64,000 bases of DNA from Paramecium tetraurelia (taxonomy: Eukaryota). How positions within the stretch are numbered: the first letter of the stretch is position 1; every line of letters starts with the position of its first letter. Shown here piece by piece: positions 11,486-25,006 of this stretch. Where the stretch lies: assembly GCA_000165425.1 (NCBI GenBank), contig CT868119.1, forward strand, positions 248,001-312,000. The letters are read 5' to 3'. Below the pieces are notes generated by a model. That model was not told the DNA's origin. It was given only the letters and a program-made list of their open reading frames with translations, and made no database searches. The position numbers and the translations under genes are program-made.

Positions 11486-14259
11486 ATGTCAGGTCATAAT
11501 CATAACAAGAAATCAAACTAAATATTTGATAAAAATATTTCGTAATTTAAGGAATTAGACTGGAAAAAGATATTAATCCTAAAATGAATCTCTTGAGTCA
11601 AATAGAAATTCAATAAGAAAAGGAAGAGAGATTGTACAACAAGGGTTATGTGATTCAACGAAGTGATAGAAAATTTGCCATTTCACTTAAAAGTATCTAT
11701 ATTATTTTCTAAGGAATTTAATAGACCTAGAGAGTCGATTATATATATACTTTATTACGATTACAATTCAGTTGATTATAAATTTCAATAAAGAATTATT
11801 TTATTGATTCCTATTTCGATGAATTCTTAAACAAATTCTCTAGTTTATGTGATCATTTGGTTAGATTAGTTATATTTTCTATCTAAACTCATAATAATTA
11901 ATATGTCATTAACTTGGATTACAAATCAAATCATTAATAACACCACATGATTTTAAAAAGATTTAAAAATACGTAAATTAATTTAAAATCTACTAATTAG
12001 TATCATTCTTCATAACTATAAGAATTATCTTAAAGGATCTAATTAGTAGATCAATATAATGATCAGAATTTGTTCGGCTCTAAATTACAGTAACTAAATT
12101 AATAATTTACTTGAACTAAATTCAATAAAAAAACTAATGAAATAAAATTAAGTTGAATAATTTCTTCTATAATCATAAATTTCAATTATTTGATAAAATT
12201 TAATAGATAAAAATATACACTCAATATGGAAAATACTCATTTGGTTGAAGAATCTTAATAAATCAACTAGTAATATTAAAACCCACAAACATCAGAAAAT
12301 AGATTTCAAAGTTTGTAATCCTAAGATGAAGATGATGAAAATTAATAAATCAATAATTCTCATTTTAAGAATTTAAGCTCATCATCTATCTAGAATGTTC
12401 TTTCTTCTTAAAATAGTAACTTAGATTAAGAGAACCAGGATGATGACTTTAATTTTATTACGCGAGAATAAAACTAAAAAAATAACATTGAAAATTAATA
12501 GAATGAATAATAAATATTACCATTAGAGAATGATCAAAATGAAGAGAAGATAATCTAAAATGACTCTAAGATTACCCAAACTTAAGTTGTACAGAATGAA
12601 GAACCTTAGACAGATTAATTGGAAGATAAAAATCATTCTCAAATAAACAATAATTCAGAAGATAAAGATATTAAATAAGTATCAGTTAATATCTTGATTA
12701 AACATATTCCAACTGAAACTTCAGATTAAAAATATGAATTATAAAGGGGCAATGAAGTTGAGTAGAATATTTAAAAAATACAGAACAGTTCTTAACATGT
12801 AGAAAAGCTTAAATCAATCATTAAGTCCCCAAAATCTGGAACTTCAAATGTTTAATCAGGAGATCCTTCCATAGATAAAAGTATTTCACCAGAATAAATA
12901 TTAAAATAAAAAAGAAATGAAAAATTGTATAATTAGATTATGGAGACTAATTTAAATGAAATCTTCTTATTTTACTCTAAACAGTTCCAATCTCCATTAA
13001 AATTACCCACAAAAACAAAAGAATCAATTTTTGAGAAAAAATCATTTTTGAGTTTGCCTTAATATATGCATTTTTGTAGAGATTTTTAATTAATTGATTT
13101 GTTGGTCACTAATGAATTTATAGAAAAGTATGCTGGTCCCAAAAACCAAAAACCATTATACAAAATAAAATATAAGAATAGAGTAAAAGATTCATTTATT
13201 GTTACAAAATAAATTTTATAAGAAATTTTTCAGAAATGCTCTGGAATCTAATAATTAAGCTTTTCAGAGTTTTAATACTCATTAATAAAAATAGCAGATG
13301 TTGTATTTCCAGTTTCTAATTCTATTAATGCACTCTATTTATATTTAGGTATTCATGATCCAGAAATCTACAATAAAAAGCTATCTACAATTTAAGATAT
13401 GAACTAATCACGTATCTAAAATCAAGACAATATAATAACTAAATAAGACGTCAAGAAAATACTACCTACAATTGTAAATAAACCATAAATTGATCATCAA
13501 AATAGTTAAGATACATCTCAAATTTCAAAATTTAATTATATTTAAGAGACACATAAAAGACATAAGGCCTAATAAAATACTAATTAGAGCTATTCAATTC
13601 GATGGGAAGATTTGGTAAATAGTGAAAGCGAATTTGATCCTAGAAAGTTGCTATTGGATGAAGACCTTACAGATTAAGATGATGCAATATATTTGAAAGA
13701 GTACATGATAAGTGAGGTAGGAATAAAAAAAAAATAAGATTTTCTAAAGTAATATTAAGAAGGAGAAAGGATAAAGTATTCCCAGTATCCCTACCAAAAC
13801 TATTAATAAAGAAGAAAACAAGGTTATACTGAAAATTCGTCTAGAGAACAAAATCCATCAAGTTTATAGGGGAGGCTAATTTTTTAAAAGGAAACTATGT
13901 TTTTATAGAAAATATAGGAATTGCCTGAAGCATAATTAGTTTATCCAACCCTACCTATAAATTAAACTTCTCAAATGCTTCAAAAAGAAAGAGGTCAATA
14001 ATTAATTCATCCTAATTCTTTTGAGTAAAGAAAAAACTACAATGTTATAAAATAACTTCCATCTCTTAATAAATCTTATGCTAATTAAAATGTTAGTTCA
14101 TCAATTGAGAGAGGACAACAAAATATATCATAAATAGATCATGTTAGTAAATAGAACTTACGTAAATTGGAAATAAATTAAAAAAAAAGAGATTAGTAAA
14201 TTTATGTAGGAATGTTAAAACTTTAAGATATCAAAGCAAGAAAAGTATAAAGGAAATGA
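11486..14259 (+). CDS. Large Q/N/E-rich hypothetical protein with a central p25alpha/EF-hand-like helical segment
   Basis: Long TGA-free code-6 frame over about 12000-14259. Segment LNEIFLFYSKQF...LSLPQYMHFCRDFQLI...LQEIFQKCSGIQQLSFSEFQYSLIKIADVVFP. 5' exons uncertain. Confidence 0.7.
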
Positions 14260-14558
14260 CTTTAATAATGTTATTTATAACTTAAAATCTCATTTAATTC
14301 TTTTTAATTTTCTTATAACTAGATTTTAGTCCTATAATTAATTTTAAGAACTCAAATTGAGAATAATCACTACTTTAGGAGTAATTCAACTTAAAAAGTA
14401 ATAATAAAATTGGGCATAAAATACTAAATAGTAGAGAAATAATAAGGCTAAGAATGGATTCATTGAGCTAAATATAATTTTGATAACTAATAGTGAAAAT
14501 TCAAAGAGCAATATGAATAAATATAAAAAAAATATACGTTTTTGAATATAATTATATA

Positions 14559-16581
14559 ATGAAATTCATTGCCTTAGCGATGTTGGTGATGTTAGCAACA
14601 TCACAAGAATTCGTAGAATTTTACTCGGCATTTTAAAATTCAGATGCAGCTTAATTGGATGGATGGACAATACAAGGATCATTGTCAAAGGCTTAAACTG
14701 ATAATTTCTTTACTTGTTCAGGTGCCTCAGTTTTTGGAGGACCTAAAGCATTTGGTAAAGGAGCAATAGTTACCAAATAATTTTAATTGCCTCCTCATTT
14801 TTAGATTAAAATATAAGTTGAAGTCTGGAAGTATAGCAATTTTACAAATCTAGATTTGATGCATGGGACACTCAAAGATAATTTTTTTATTTGGATAATT
14901 ACCTCTGGGAAACAATGTGGACTGGAAGTGATGGAACAAAAAGATGCGCAACTCCAGCAGGTGGTAATGTGAATTCATTCCCAGTTGATTAAACAATAAC
15001 TCATAATCATGCAGCATTATTTATTGCATTTACATCATCTGCTGATAAGACAGCCGATAAAGTATAATCAATGCTAATCTTTAGATGTCTTGGGGTTTTA
15101 GAAACTTGAAATTATCTTATTTGCCATGTCCAACGGAATGTGGTACATGCCTTGGACCAGATGCAATTGTTTGTTAGATGTGGGTTCCAGTATCATCAAG
15201 CTGGATTAAGAATGTAGATGCTGATGGATGGAGTGCAAAAGGATCTTCAACTGTTATTAAATCAAGCACTTGTGCAGGAGTTCCAATTATTGGTGGTCCT
15301 GGTAATTTTGGTAATAATGTGTCAATCTAAAAAATCTTTGATAAATTAGTGCCACATTATAGAATTAAGGTGATAGCATAATTTTGGAAGATTGATAATT
15401 GGGATAATGATAATGCAGTTTTGTCTATTGATAATCAAGAAAAATGGAAATAAAATGTTGCTTAAGTAGAAGATAAGGAATATTTCATTTGTGATAAGAT
15501 CAGTCCAGGAGGTGTTGATGGAACAGAAAAGATTATTAATGTTAACTTCGAAACTCCTCATAATTATGGAGCTGCTCTTGTAAAATGGACATCCACAATC
15601 AAGAAGTCATCTAAATAAGCATCTTGGGGTATTAGATAATTCCAATTGTATGTTGCATAATGTTCAAGCAATTGTGCAACTTGTACTGGACCAAGTGTTG
15701 AAGATTGCTACTGCTTGTGTTTCTCCTTATGTATTATTGGATCCAGAAGATGGAAATGGATCTGGTTGTGTATTGAAAGGAGATTGGGTTGAATTCACTT
15801 CAGAATTTCTAAGGAGCAGGTTGGACAGCTAATGCAGATTGGAAAGTTGCTGATGGTAAAAATGGACCAGATTTTACAACACAATGTGGAGAATTCAAAT
15901 TCTTTGGTGGTTTTGATAAGACTGGAAAAGATGCTAAAATCACTAGAAAATTCAATTTACCTGCTCATAAAAGAATTAGAATTGCATTTGAAGCTTGGAA
16001 GATTGATAATTGGAATGGAGAAGATTATTTTGTTAAAGTTGATGGATTAAATGTTTGGTAAAGAACATTTGGATTTGGTGATCCTGGACTTGCTGATATT
16101 TGTGGGTGGAGATGGATTTGAAAATTATGCTATTGTTGATTTTGTTATTGGACATGAAACACCCACTTTGGATTTACTTATATCAACCACCATTGGAAAG
16201 AATAATGATAATGCTTCATTTGCACTTAAAGGATTTAAACTCTATTATGAAAAACCAGATGCTTGTGCCACTCTTTATACAGAATGCAATTATACAGGTA
16301 GTTATTTTATTCTATTAGTTTCTTAGGAAAATCATTCAACATGTGTGAAGACTTACCTAACTTCCAACTAGCTAAATATCCAAGCAAAATCAAGTCAATT
16401 TAAGTTCCAGCAGGAGCTAAGGTGATTCTTTTTGATGAGATGGATTATAATGGTATTCAATATTATATTATAAATAGGAAAAACCATTGAATACACAGAG
16501 AATTAAAAGTGCATTGAAGAATATCAATACAAATTCCTTTAAAAAAACTAATAAAGTATTGTTTTAACAGCTAACAATTGA
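14559..16581 (+). CDS. Secreted protein with three tandem repeat domains, furin-like Cys motifs and a C-terminal beta/gamma-crystallin domain (Paramecium PCM / Tetrahymena Grt-type)
   Basis: Signal peptide MKFIALAMLVMLATS. Three repeats of C-x-G-x3-F/IGG...PH-x2-I-x-I...WK-x-D-x-WD/N...SWG/SFA. CPTECGTC and CSSNCATC linkers. CATLYTECNYTG...IKSIQVPAGAKVILFDEMDYNG crystallin motif. Three +1 indels near 15708, 15807 and 16105. Confidence 0.85.
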
Positions 16582-16600
16582 TATAATAAATAACATATAA

Positions 16601-17559
16601 TCATAAAAATCCTGCTTTTTTTTTTTAGTGTTTTTGCTACGGTTTTACTTTTATTCATTGTTATCATTTTCCAATACTTATTATCCTTTTCCTTCAAACA
16701 TATCAGATAATGTATTTTCATAACTCTACCAAATTTTGTTCCTCTAATGATTTTAATAAAGTATATACTTTTTATTTATATTTTAGGAAGGATTGTCATT
16801 TTTATTTTATTGTTATGGCTGTCTTTTTTTGCTTTGCTGTAATGTTTTATTCACTTTATTAATAGCATAATATTGGATGAAATAATTTGCCATAGGAGTA
16901 AAGTTTATTTAACATATTTTCTCTTGGTCAATTTGATCATCTAAAATGTAGACACTCAAGTCTTCATCTTTATCCCTAACTTTATATTAGGCTCTTTCCT
17001 TTTCATTTAATCTCTTTATATAATCCTATTCTAATTAAGAAAATGCTGTTTTGTAGTTATTGCATCTATTTTCTAAAGAATGGATAGTCAACAGCAATGG
17101 ATTTAAAATGTCATTTATCAGAATTTTGTTATGATGTTGGTCATCTACAACTTTGCAATCGAAAACCCATGTTAAAGTGTAAATCTTGATGACATTACTG
17201 TACCCGTAATACAAGGAGGAGTCATTCAACTTGAAGGAGTATTCGGCTTAAGGATCAAATTTTAAAGCTAAATCTAATAGATCCAGCACTCCTTGGAAAT
17301 TTGTAGTTTAAATTGATTTGTTGTAGAGTTCTTTATCCTTCTCGATACGATCTTTGTTGAGTTTGCAAATCCAAGATTACCTTAGATTAGTGATGACTTT
17401 ATCTTATAGACATAATTACAGATCAAACACTTATCAATATTGATTCCTGCTCGTATCAAATAGGGGGTGTTTCTGCATCCTGTCCATAAGGGTTGGGCTG
17501 AAACTAATTTTAAAAATAATACCTTTTAAAAAAATTAGATCATCTTCTTCAACATTCAT
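16601..17559 (-). CDS. XLF: XLF/Cernunnos (NHEJ1)-like non-homologous end-joining factor
   Basis: Spliced VSAQPLWTGCRNTPYLIRAGINIDKCLIFITNLRQSWICKLNKDRIEKDKELYNKSI...TLTWVFDCKVVDDQHHNKILINDILNPLLLTIHSLENRCNNYK, which is the XLF head plus coiled-coil pattern. Basic tail KKKAGFL-TGA. The 3' frame needs small indel corrections. Confidence 0.72.
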
Positions 17560-17858
17560 TTTAATAATATTAATTAAATTATGAATTTCCGATTCTCATT
17601 AAAGTAATTAATTTTAATTATAAGAATAATATATCTATCCTAAATTTAAATTCTCATTAAAATGTTCAATTCTCTTAGACAAAGATTGATTTAGCATTAT
17701 TTAAGTTAATATTGTTAATATAAATAAAAGGTATTGGCGTATTTTTATTTTTATGTGATAATATTTATTCGCCGATTTATAATGCATTACATAATATCTT
17801 TCTAAAGATTTACAAACAATTTAATAATGAACAGCAAATATAATAAATATTTTATCAA

Positions 17859-18156
17859 ATGGGCTGCTCTCTTAAAAAAGAGAAACGAATCTCAACCATC
17901 AATATTAATGAATAAAACACTTTTTATTTTGTGATAATAAATGGAGACCAAGAACTTAAACATCTTAAAAAAAGAAAGAGATTGTCAAATTCAGTACCAA
18001 CTTTGGGCTCAATAAGTAATATATATCATTCAGTAAAATCTAGCTGATAGCACTATTATTTTAAGGAGAAACAAACTACTTCAATCTTAATTAGGTCAGG
18101 TGGTATTATAAAGAAATAATTTAAAGACTTCCACCCAGTAACATCACAAGGCTTGA
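17859..18156 (+). CDS. Small basic protein with N-terminal acylation motif (MGC)
   Basis: MGCSLKKEKRISTININEQ...NSVPTLGSI/TDSTIILRRNK...QHHKA-TGA, with one 28-nt intron. Confidence 0.7.
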
Positions 18157-18390
18157 TAATTATTTATATTTCTAAATGATCGTAAAGATAATAAATTATT
18201 TTTTTGCCTAACTCTTATGGCATCATAATCCTCTTTAATAATGATAAGTGAGGAAGGATAATGTAACATTAGATTTGGAGCGATCAAGATATGTAAATTA
18301 TTCTTAAAAGCTCCATTTAGAGGTTAAAAAAAATAGTTATTAATTTAATATCAATTTAAAAATAATTAAATTATTTTATATTTTCTAATA

Positions 18391-20286
18391 ATGGAGGAGA
18401 GAATTGTCTAATTTGCACCATTCTTGGCAAGCAGAGCCAATGAAATTGCTTAATTGTAAAATACTCTTAAAAGCAAATTTCTAAACTCAACTGCTCAGCC
18501 ATTTTAAGTAATCCATAAGCACATGAGAAGAAGAGCCATGTCACATAATAGATATCGTATCCCTAGTTCAGTAGACTTTAATCATTTTACAATTAGTTGA
18601 GAAAACATATGTCTGGCCCAGGATTGGAAGAGAGGGACTTGAAGTAAAAAACTCCAAAGTGTAGAAAGCATATAAGAAAGCGAAGAGATTTAATTTTTCT
18701 GAATAGATCAAATAAAATTTTATGGATGGAAACTCACTTGTATTAGGTCAAGAGAATGAAGATGATTAATTACTGTGGATTTAAGGTGCCAGAAAAAGCA
18801 AACGAAAAGAATTTTAGAGCAGTTCACAGATATTTCGATCATGGAAGTATGATTTTTGATGCTTCATACTATTAAATTGTTGAGGGTAGCATAGAAAATG
18901 AATTAGTTGTTGATGATCACACAATTATTCATCCTTAAGAAGTACCTGATACAGATTTTGTTGTTCATAATAATAAATACAACATTTTTTAAATAATTGG
19001 AAGAGAATCCTTATAAATTGTTAACTCTTTATTAAATATTTTTAATTGCTCAATAGATGGTCAAACACATAAATACTTTAGTTTTAATTATTAATATGAG
19101 AAGATATAGAGTGTTACTACAAAGAAAGGTAGGAAAATCAAGACATTAGCAGATTATGATGAGGATATGAAAGACATGCATGAAGTGTTTGAAAATAAAG
19201 GGGATGAAGATATCAATAAATCTGTTTGGCAAATAGATTAAAATTAATTTATGAAGAGATTCAAAATTGATACGAGAAATCGATATACACATTAGAGAAA
19301 TAAAAAATAAATATTCAAAACTCTTTTAGAAATTAGATAAAAATAATAATAATAATAATAATAGCAATAAGTTGAACCATAAATACCGATTGATCTCATG
19401 AAAAAAAAAAGAGCCATGAGATGGTTATTGAACTAAATGGATAAAAATGAGAATGACATAAGTGTTGAGTTGTTTGATTAAAATGAAAAAGAAGAAAAAC
19501 CTGATAAAGAAATTTAAATAGAATAGCCTGATATTTAAGAATAGAAACCTTAAAAAGAAGAAGATTTATAAAAGTTACAATAAAATACTACTCTAAAACC
19601 CAAGGATATTCAAATAAAGATGTTAATAATACCACCATCAAATTAGATAAAGAAGTAAATTGATATTGGTTACAAATTGATTATTAATTTGGGAGGAGGA
19701 TTAATAGTTTGGAGATTGTTCAATTAATTAAAATTAAAGCCTGTTGGCCTACGTGATATTCGCCAATTATGTTTGGAAAACAATGTCTTATTTAATGAAT
19801 ACGAAAATGAAGATCTCATTGAAAAGTATCTAAAAAGCACTAATAAAATCAATTATTTGGCTCTACAGTTTCCTTATCCTTTTTCATTTGATTTTTCCCT
19901 GTATCCATCATGGTGTTCTTGCCATTTAATAGCTTATAAGAATGTTCCATAAAAGCAAGCATTAATCCTTCAACCGACATAGGAGGATTTTGAACTCCTT
20001 AAGAACAAGGTCTTTAAAATCCAAATATAAAGAACAGAGGATGAAAAAACCAAAAATAAGCAATAGAGTTGAGATTTTGCAATATGAAAAAAGACTATCA
20101 GAGATGGAATAGAAACGAAAAGTCTTGGGTGTGGTAACTTTTGGAAATATATCATTACAACATGGGAAGGGAGTAGGATAAGGAAAAATTGATGGAAGGT
20201 TGGCTGGAAAAGACATTATTGTTCTCTTTCGTAATCATGATTCTGAATATTGCTTCTTTGCAGATTGCAAGGTAAATACCATTTGA
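18391..20286 (+). CDS. POP1: RNase P/MRP protein subunit POP1
   Basis: FLASRANEI...FQVIHKHMRRRAMSHNRYRIP, WMETHLYQVKRMKM...GFKVPEK...NFRAVHR...IFDASYY, and POPLD end VLGVVTFGNISLQHGKGVG...VLFRN. Confidence 0.93.
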
Positions 20287-20335
20287 ATTAATACGTATTT
20301 GATATATTAAAATATACAATTTAAATTTATACAAA

Positions 20336-23300
20336 TCAAACTAATTCTATTGATTCTGGTTTTCGAACATAGATCTAAAAATCATAAAATCTCTCAATCG
20401 CCAAATCGAATAAAAATAGCATACAAGTTAGAGCTAGAGCTAAATAGAGTTATGGTCTAGAATATTGAATGAAATAAATACGAGACAAGATATCTGTAAA
20501 AGTTAAATGAGGGAGACAACTCATAATCATTCACTAGAATCAAGATTAGCCAATAAACAAGAATTGATAGTACAATGAAAAATATGGTGAAGTTGTAATT
20601 TGTATATGTAAAAGTGAGTACCTTAAGATTAACTAGAAGAATGATGATTCCATATATAAATACTCCATCTTCAAAAAATTCCATTGTCATACCACTGTCC
20701 ATATTTTAGTTCTCTGTTGAAAATGTGCAGACTAGAAATATGATCAAGCCTTGAACCATTCCATTGAAAACCCAAAGCCAGAATTTAATAATAGTAAAAA
20801 TTGGTTATTATCTAAACTAAACATAGACATCAGGTTTATCTTCAAGTAAATTATGTGATGTCTTGCTCCATTATAAGTATTCAGAAGAAGGGTGCATTTC
20901 ATCAAAGAGAGCATAGAGCACCTAAGGTAGAGAAGCAAAGACTGTGTTAAATAATTAAGAGAGCCATTGATCGTATAAGTATTGCCCACTAAAGCCATTG
21001 AGGAATCCAAACCAAAAGTAAGGAGTGATGAACACCTAGTTCTTAAAAAATATATATAGAATCGTAAGTGCATTTCTTCTCGAACACTCAACTCCATAAT
21101 AAAACATTAATCGTTTGAGATGCTTGAACTCTTGGATGGCAAAGTCTGCAGCTCTGGCCGCTTGAGTGCCTTCAACGCCTTGGATTCCAACTCCAACATG
21201 GGCCTTGATAGTGATGATCTAATTTACTTCATTAATCATGGAGACGTCATTGGCTCCATCACCAATAGCCAAAGTGTATGCCTTTGGGAGATACTCTTTA
21301 ACTAAAGCTACAACTTATTGCTTTTGTTTTGGAGATACTCTGGCCACAATGACAACCTTGGCATAGAACGCTCTTTTAAGTAGCATTGATTTAAGTTATA
21401 GATTATCTAACATTACTGATAATGCTTATCCGCTAATCACCAATGCAATATTAGCTGACTCATTACAATAATGCAAAAATACTTCCTCAATGCTCCCAAC
21501 TGTTGTTTCCGTTACTACTTAGAGCATATCATTGCTGTCAATTAGATTGCAAGAGTATCCTATGGCGATTGCAGTTTCAACTTTATCACCTGTAAGAACC
21601 CAAACCTTTATTCCTGCAGACTTTAGATCTTAAATAGTTTATCCGACATCGTCAGCTAGCAAGTCTTCAACTGCAGTAATTCCTAGAAACTCTAAATTAG
21701 ATTCCAAAGTTTTTTGTAACTTGTTCATCATCTCTTCATCTTTCTCTTCTTAAGCCTTTTTATAACTATAATTATATTAAATTGTTAGATACTCTGCCAA
21801 ATAAATGTCAATTTCGTTTTATTTAAATGTCTTTCTGCCCAACATTAAGGTTCTGTATCCTTTGATTGCAAATTGATGGATGACTTGCTAATGTTTGCAT
21901 TCTCCTATTAATTCAAGTAATACTTCATCAGCGCCTTTGCAAAATAAAATATATTCATCCCCTGTTTTGACAACGATGGTCATTCTCTTTTTTTCACTGC
22001 TAAAATCAAAACTCATAACTCTATGGAAATGAGTTTAGTTGATGGTAAGATTATTATTATTATCAATGCCTTAAAATAAATACCCTTTTTATTCACAATA
22101 ATCTAATATTGCTAATTCATCAGGAGAAGATCCTATCAATTTATTTTTTGATTTTACAACAGAATGACATAAACTCAAACATAATAAGGCTTCTTTTTCA
22201 TTTTAAGCAAAAAGCTCTCTGAACTGCATAGAATTTTTGGTTAATGTGCCTGTTTTATCAGTAAAAACAATATTGATTTCTCCTAATTACTCAATCAAAT
22301 TAGATTAATGTGATTTTGAATTCGGCATAACTTTGTCTGATTCTAGCATTTTAGCTTGTCCAAATTTGACTAATTCCACATTCACCACCAAAGATATGGG
22401 TATAAAGTAGGAAAGCAACGAAAACCATAATCCCAGATCTACAAATACATTGTCTTTAGAAAGTCCCAAATATGAATAATTAAGATGATTGTTAGTCCAT
22501 AGGAATTCATAGATCGATGCCATGATACAGAACAATGCCAAACTGATGGAAATAGATATAATACATATTCTCATATATTATTCTAATCTACTTCGTTTGG
22601 TTCTTTCTTAAGAGCTATTCAACATTATTTTGCAATCCATGCCACTGTAAATACACAAACCTATTATCCATTCTGTGTTTTTCAATATACAATCTCTTTC
22701 GATAAAGTTACCATAGTTTAATGAATTTACTTCAGAATTACTAATTTGATAGGTTCCTGATAGTTTATAGAGTATTGGATTCTTCTAATCGTATACGAAT
22801 TTTACACTGTTATCTTTTTTCTTCTGTTTAATAACTATATAAATACATAGTTTATTGCATTCTCAATGTGATATTTTTGTTATAAATCGTAGATTGAATA
22901 TTTTTGCTTTAAGTTAGTTTCGCCATCTATTTGCTTTGTCTCCACATATGCTATGCCTCCTTAATAACTCGATGACAATATCAAAATGTCACAAGGAATA
23001 CTTTCATTCTCCATCACCATGACAATGTCTGCTTGATAGATGTTCTTCCAATTGCACTCTATAAACGAATTTTCAAAGTATTTGTGCGACTTGCGATTAT
23101 TCTCTTCCTAATCAGATTTATATCTACATTAATTAGAGTCTTACCTTGAATATTCTTCAAAAGCATCTTTAATTATACTAATACTAATCATCATCGACAA
23201 AGGACCATAAATAACAGGTACACCACTAGTATAAGAAGTGACAGGGATTATTTGTAATATCCCAATGACAATGAAATAGATATTAGCAGGTTACGTAATT

Positions 23301-23449
23301 TGTTTGATAAAAGCATATGGAAGAAAAGTGAGCCAAGTTGTTTTCATAGTTGTTATGGTGTTAGGTCTATTCCTCATAGGAGTATCATCTGGCAAGATAA
23401 TCTTTTCTGTTTATGAAATTGATTCATTAATTTGGAAGTAACTCTTCAT
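20336..23449 (-). CDS. P4-type ATPase (phospholipid flippase)
   Basis: [39 protein letters not shown] (phospho-Asp), [32 protein letters not shown]. Confidence 0.96.
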
Positions 23450-23568
23450 TTGACAAAATAATTGCTGCAAATTATAATATATATTGTAATTGCTTTTAAT
23501 TCACCCAATCCAATGGCTCATGAAAAAACAACTTTATGAATTTATATAATTTATTAAAATTTAAATCT

Positions 23569-24879
23569 TCAATCTTAAGTGGTCGTGCTGCTATCAGAAT
23601 CAATAACTCCATCGATAATGGCTGTGTCCTTTGAGAGGATCTCTTCTCTTATTGATTCATCTATTTTTATATTTACAGTCGAGGGATCAAAGAATTGTTC
23701 TTACCCATCCTATTCATTTACTAATTCATTCTTTTCCTCCCTCTCCAATTCCTTATCAATTTAATCTGTATCTTTGATATCCTCACTCTTATTCTCTGCT
23801 CCCTCTTGTTTTTCTGTTGTTGTTTCAACAATTGGCTGAGTATCATTTGCCAATTTGATTTTATTTAGGATTTACTTAATTTCATGATTTTAATTTGGAC
23901 TATACATATGAATTGTGTGTTTAAGTTTATCTGCTAATTTAGTTCTCTTTAATAATTGTATTTAGTCCATATCTAGAGTGAATTAATGAAGGGTTTTTAT
24001 ATCTTCCACAAGTTCAGATGGTATCACAGTAAGATGTTTTAATTCTAAAATGTGGAAGTTATATTCAGATCCTAAAAACAAAAACTTTGCTTCAAAATGA
24101 ATAGGCTTGCCCTTTTCTAATTTTTAAAATGTTTAGATTGAATATTAAGATTCAGTTACACCAATGATAATATCAGGTAAATCTTCAGTTGATTCTGTGG
24201 GATCCATCTTTAGATATACCCAATAATTGAAATGGAAATTTGGATCATGATTAGGTTTGGTCTGAATAAAATCACTAAAATTAATTTTGTATAAAATACC
24301 CTTTCCATGAAACTATTTTATTCTTGAAATTGGTTTCAAATTGATGTCTTGCTTTCAAGCCATTATCGACAAATTAAAATTTGCCACAAAATTATAAGAA
24401 ATCAACCCACGATTTGTTTGCATAGACATTTGCTTCGATTTAAGGATGCTCTTACTCTACAAAATATTCGAAATAAAAAAACAGAGAGATTATAATTGCC
24501 AACAAAATTAATGCATACTTTCTAGATACTACTACTATACAATTGCCAAATCTAAATTATAGAACTTGATCGTTGATGTTGGGTAATTAGAAATATTTTC
24601 TTTTTTCCAATTCCTAATGACAATAGTAACATCTCTTTATTATTATCTTGACGGTTATTTATTTTTATATACTTTCGTTGATTAAAACACCAAGGGGATG
24701 ATAAATATGCACCAAATTCCAAAATAAAATAAAGAGACAAAGGATATTATAAATGAAGCTGAAGATGGCACCTATTCTAAAATACCTTCCCTTGCTGCAC
24801 CACAATTAGGACATACAGGCTATGTTGAATCAACTGCTGTTTCACCTTACTCCTCGTTTTCAGTCTTAGATATTAACAT
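23569..24879 (-). CDS. LITAF-like zinc-finger membrane protein with extra TM and luminal domain
   Basis: VCPNCGAAREG, a hydrophobic stretch, KRCYYCHQEL, then TM SRKYALILLAIIISLFFYF, a globular domain (SWVDFLQFCG...VSWKG...YLKMDP) and an acidic tail. One 26-nt intron. Confidence 0.8.
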
Positions 24880-25006
24880 AATTAATTAAAATTAATGACA
24901 AAATTCGATCAATTCTCAATTTTAACATAAAATAACCTTCCACGCACTCCTAATTATATGAATGTTAAAAGTTATAATATTTTATATGACATTCTTAAAA
25001 AATAAA

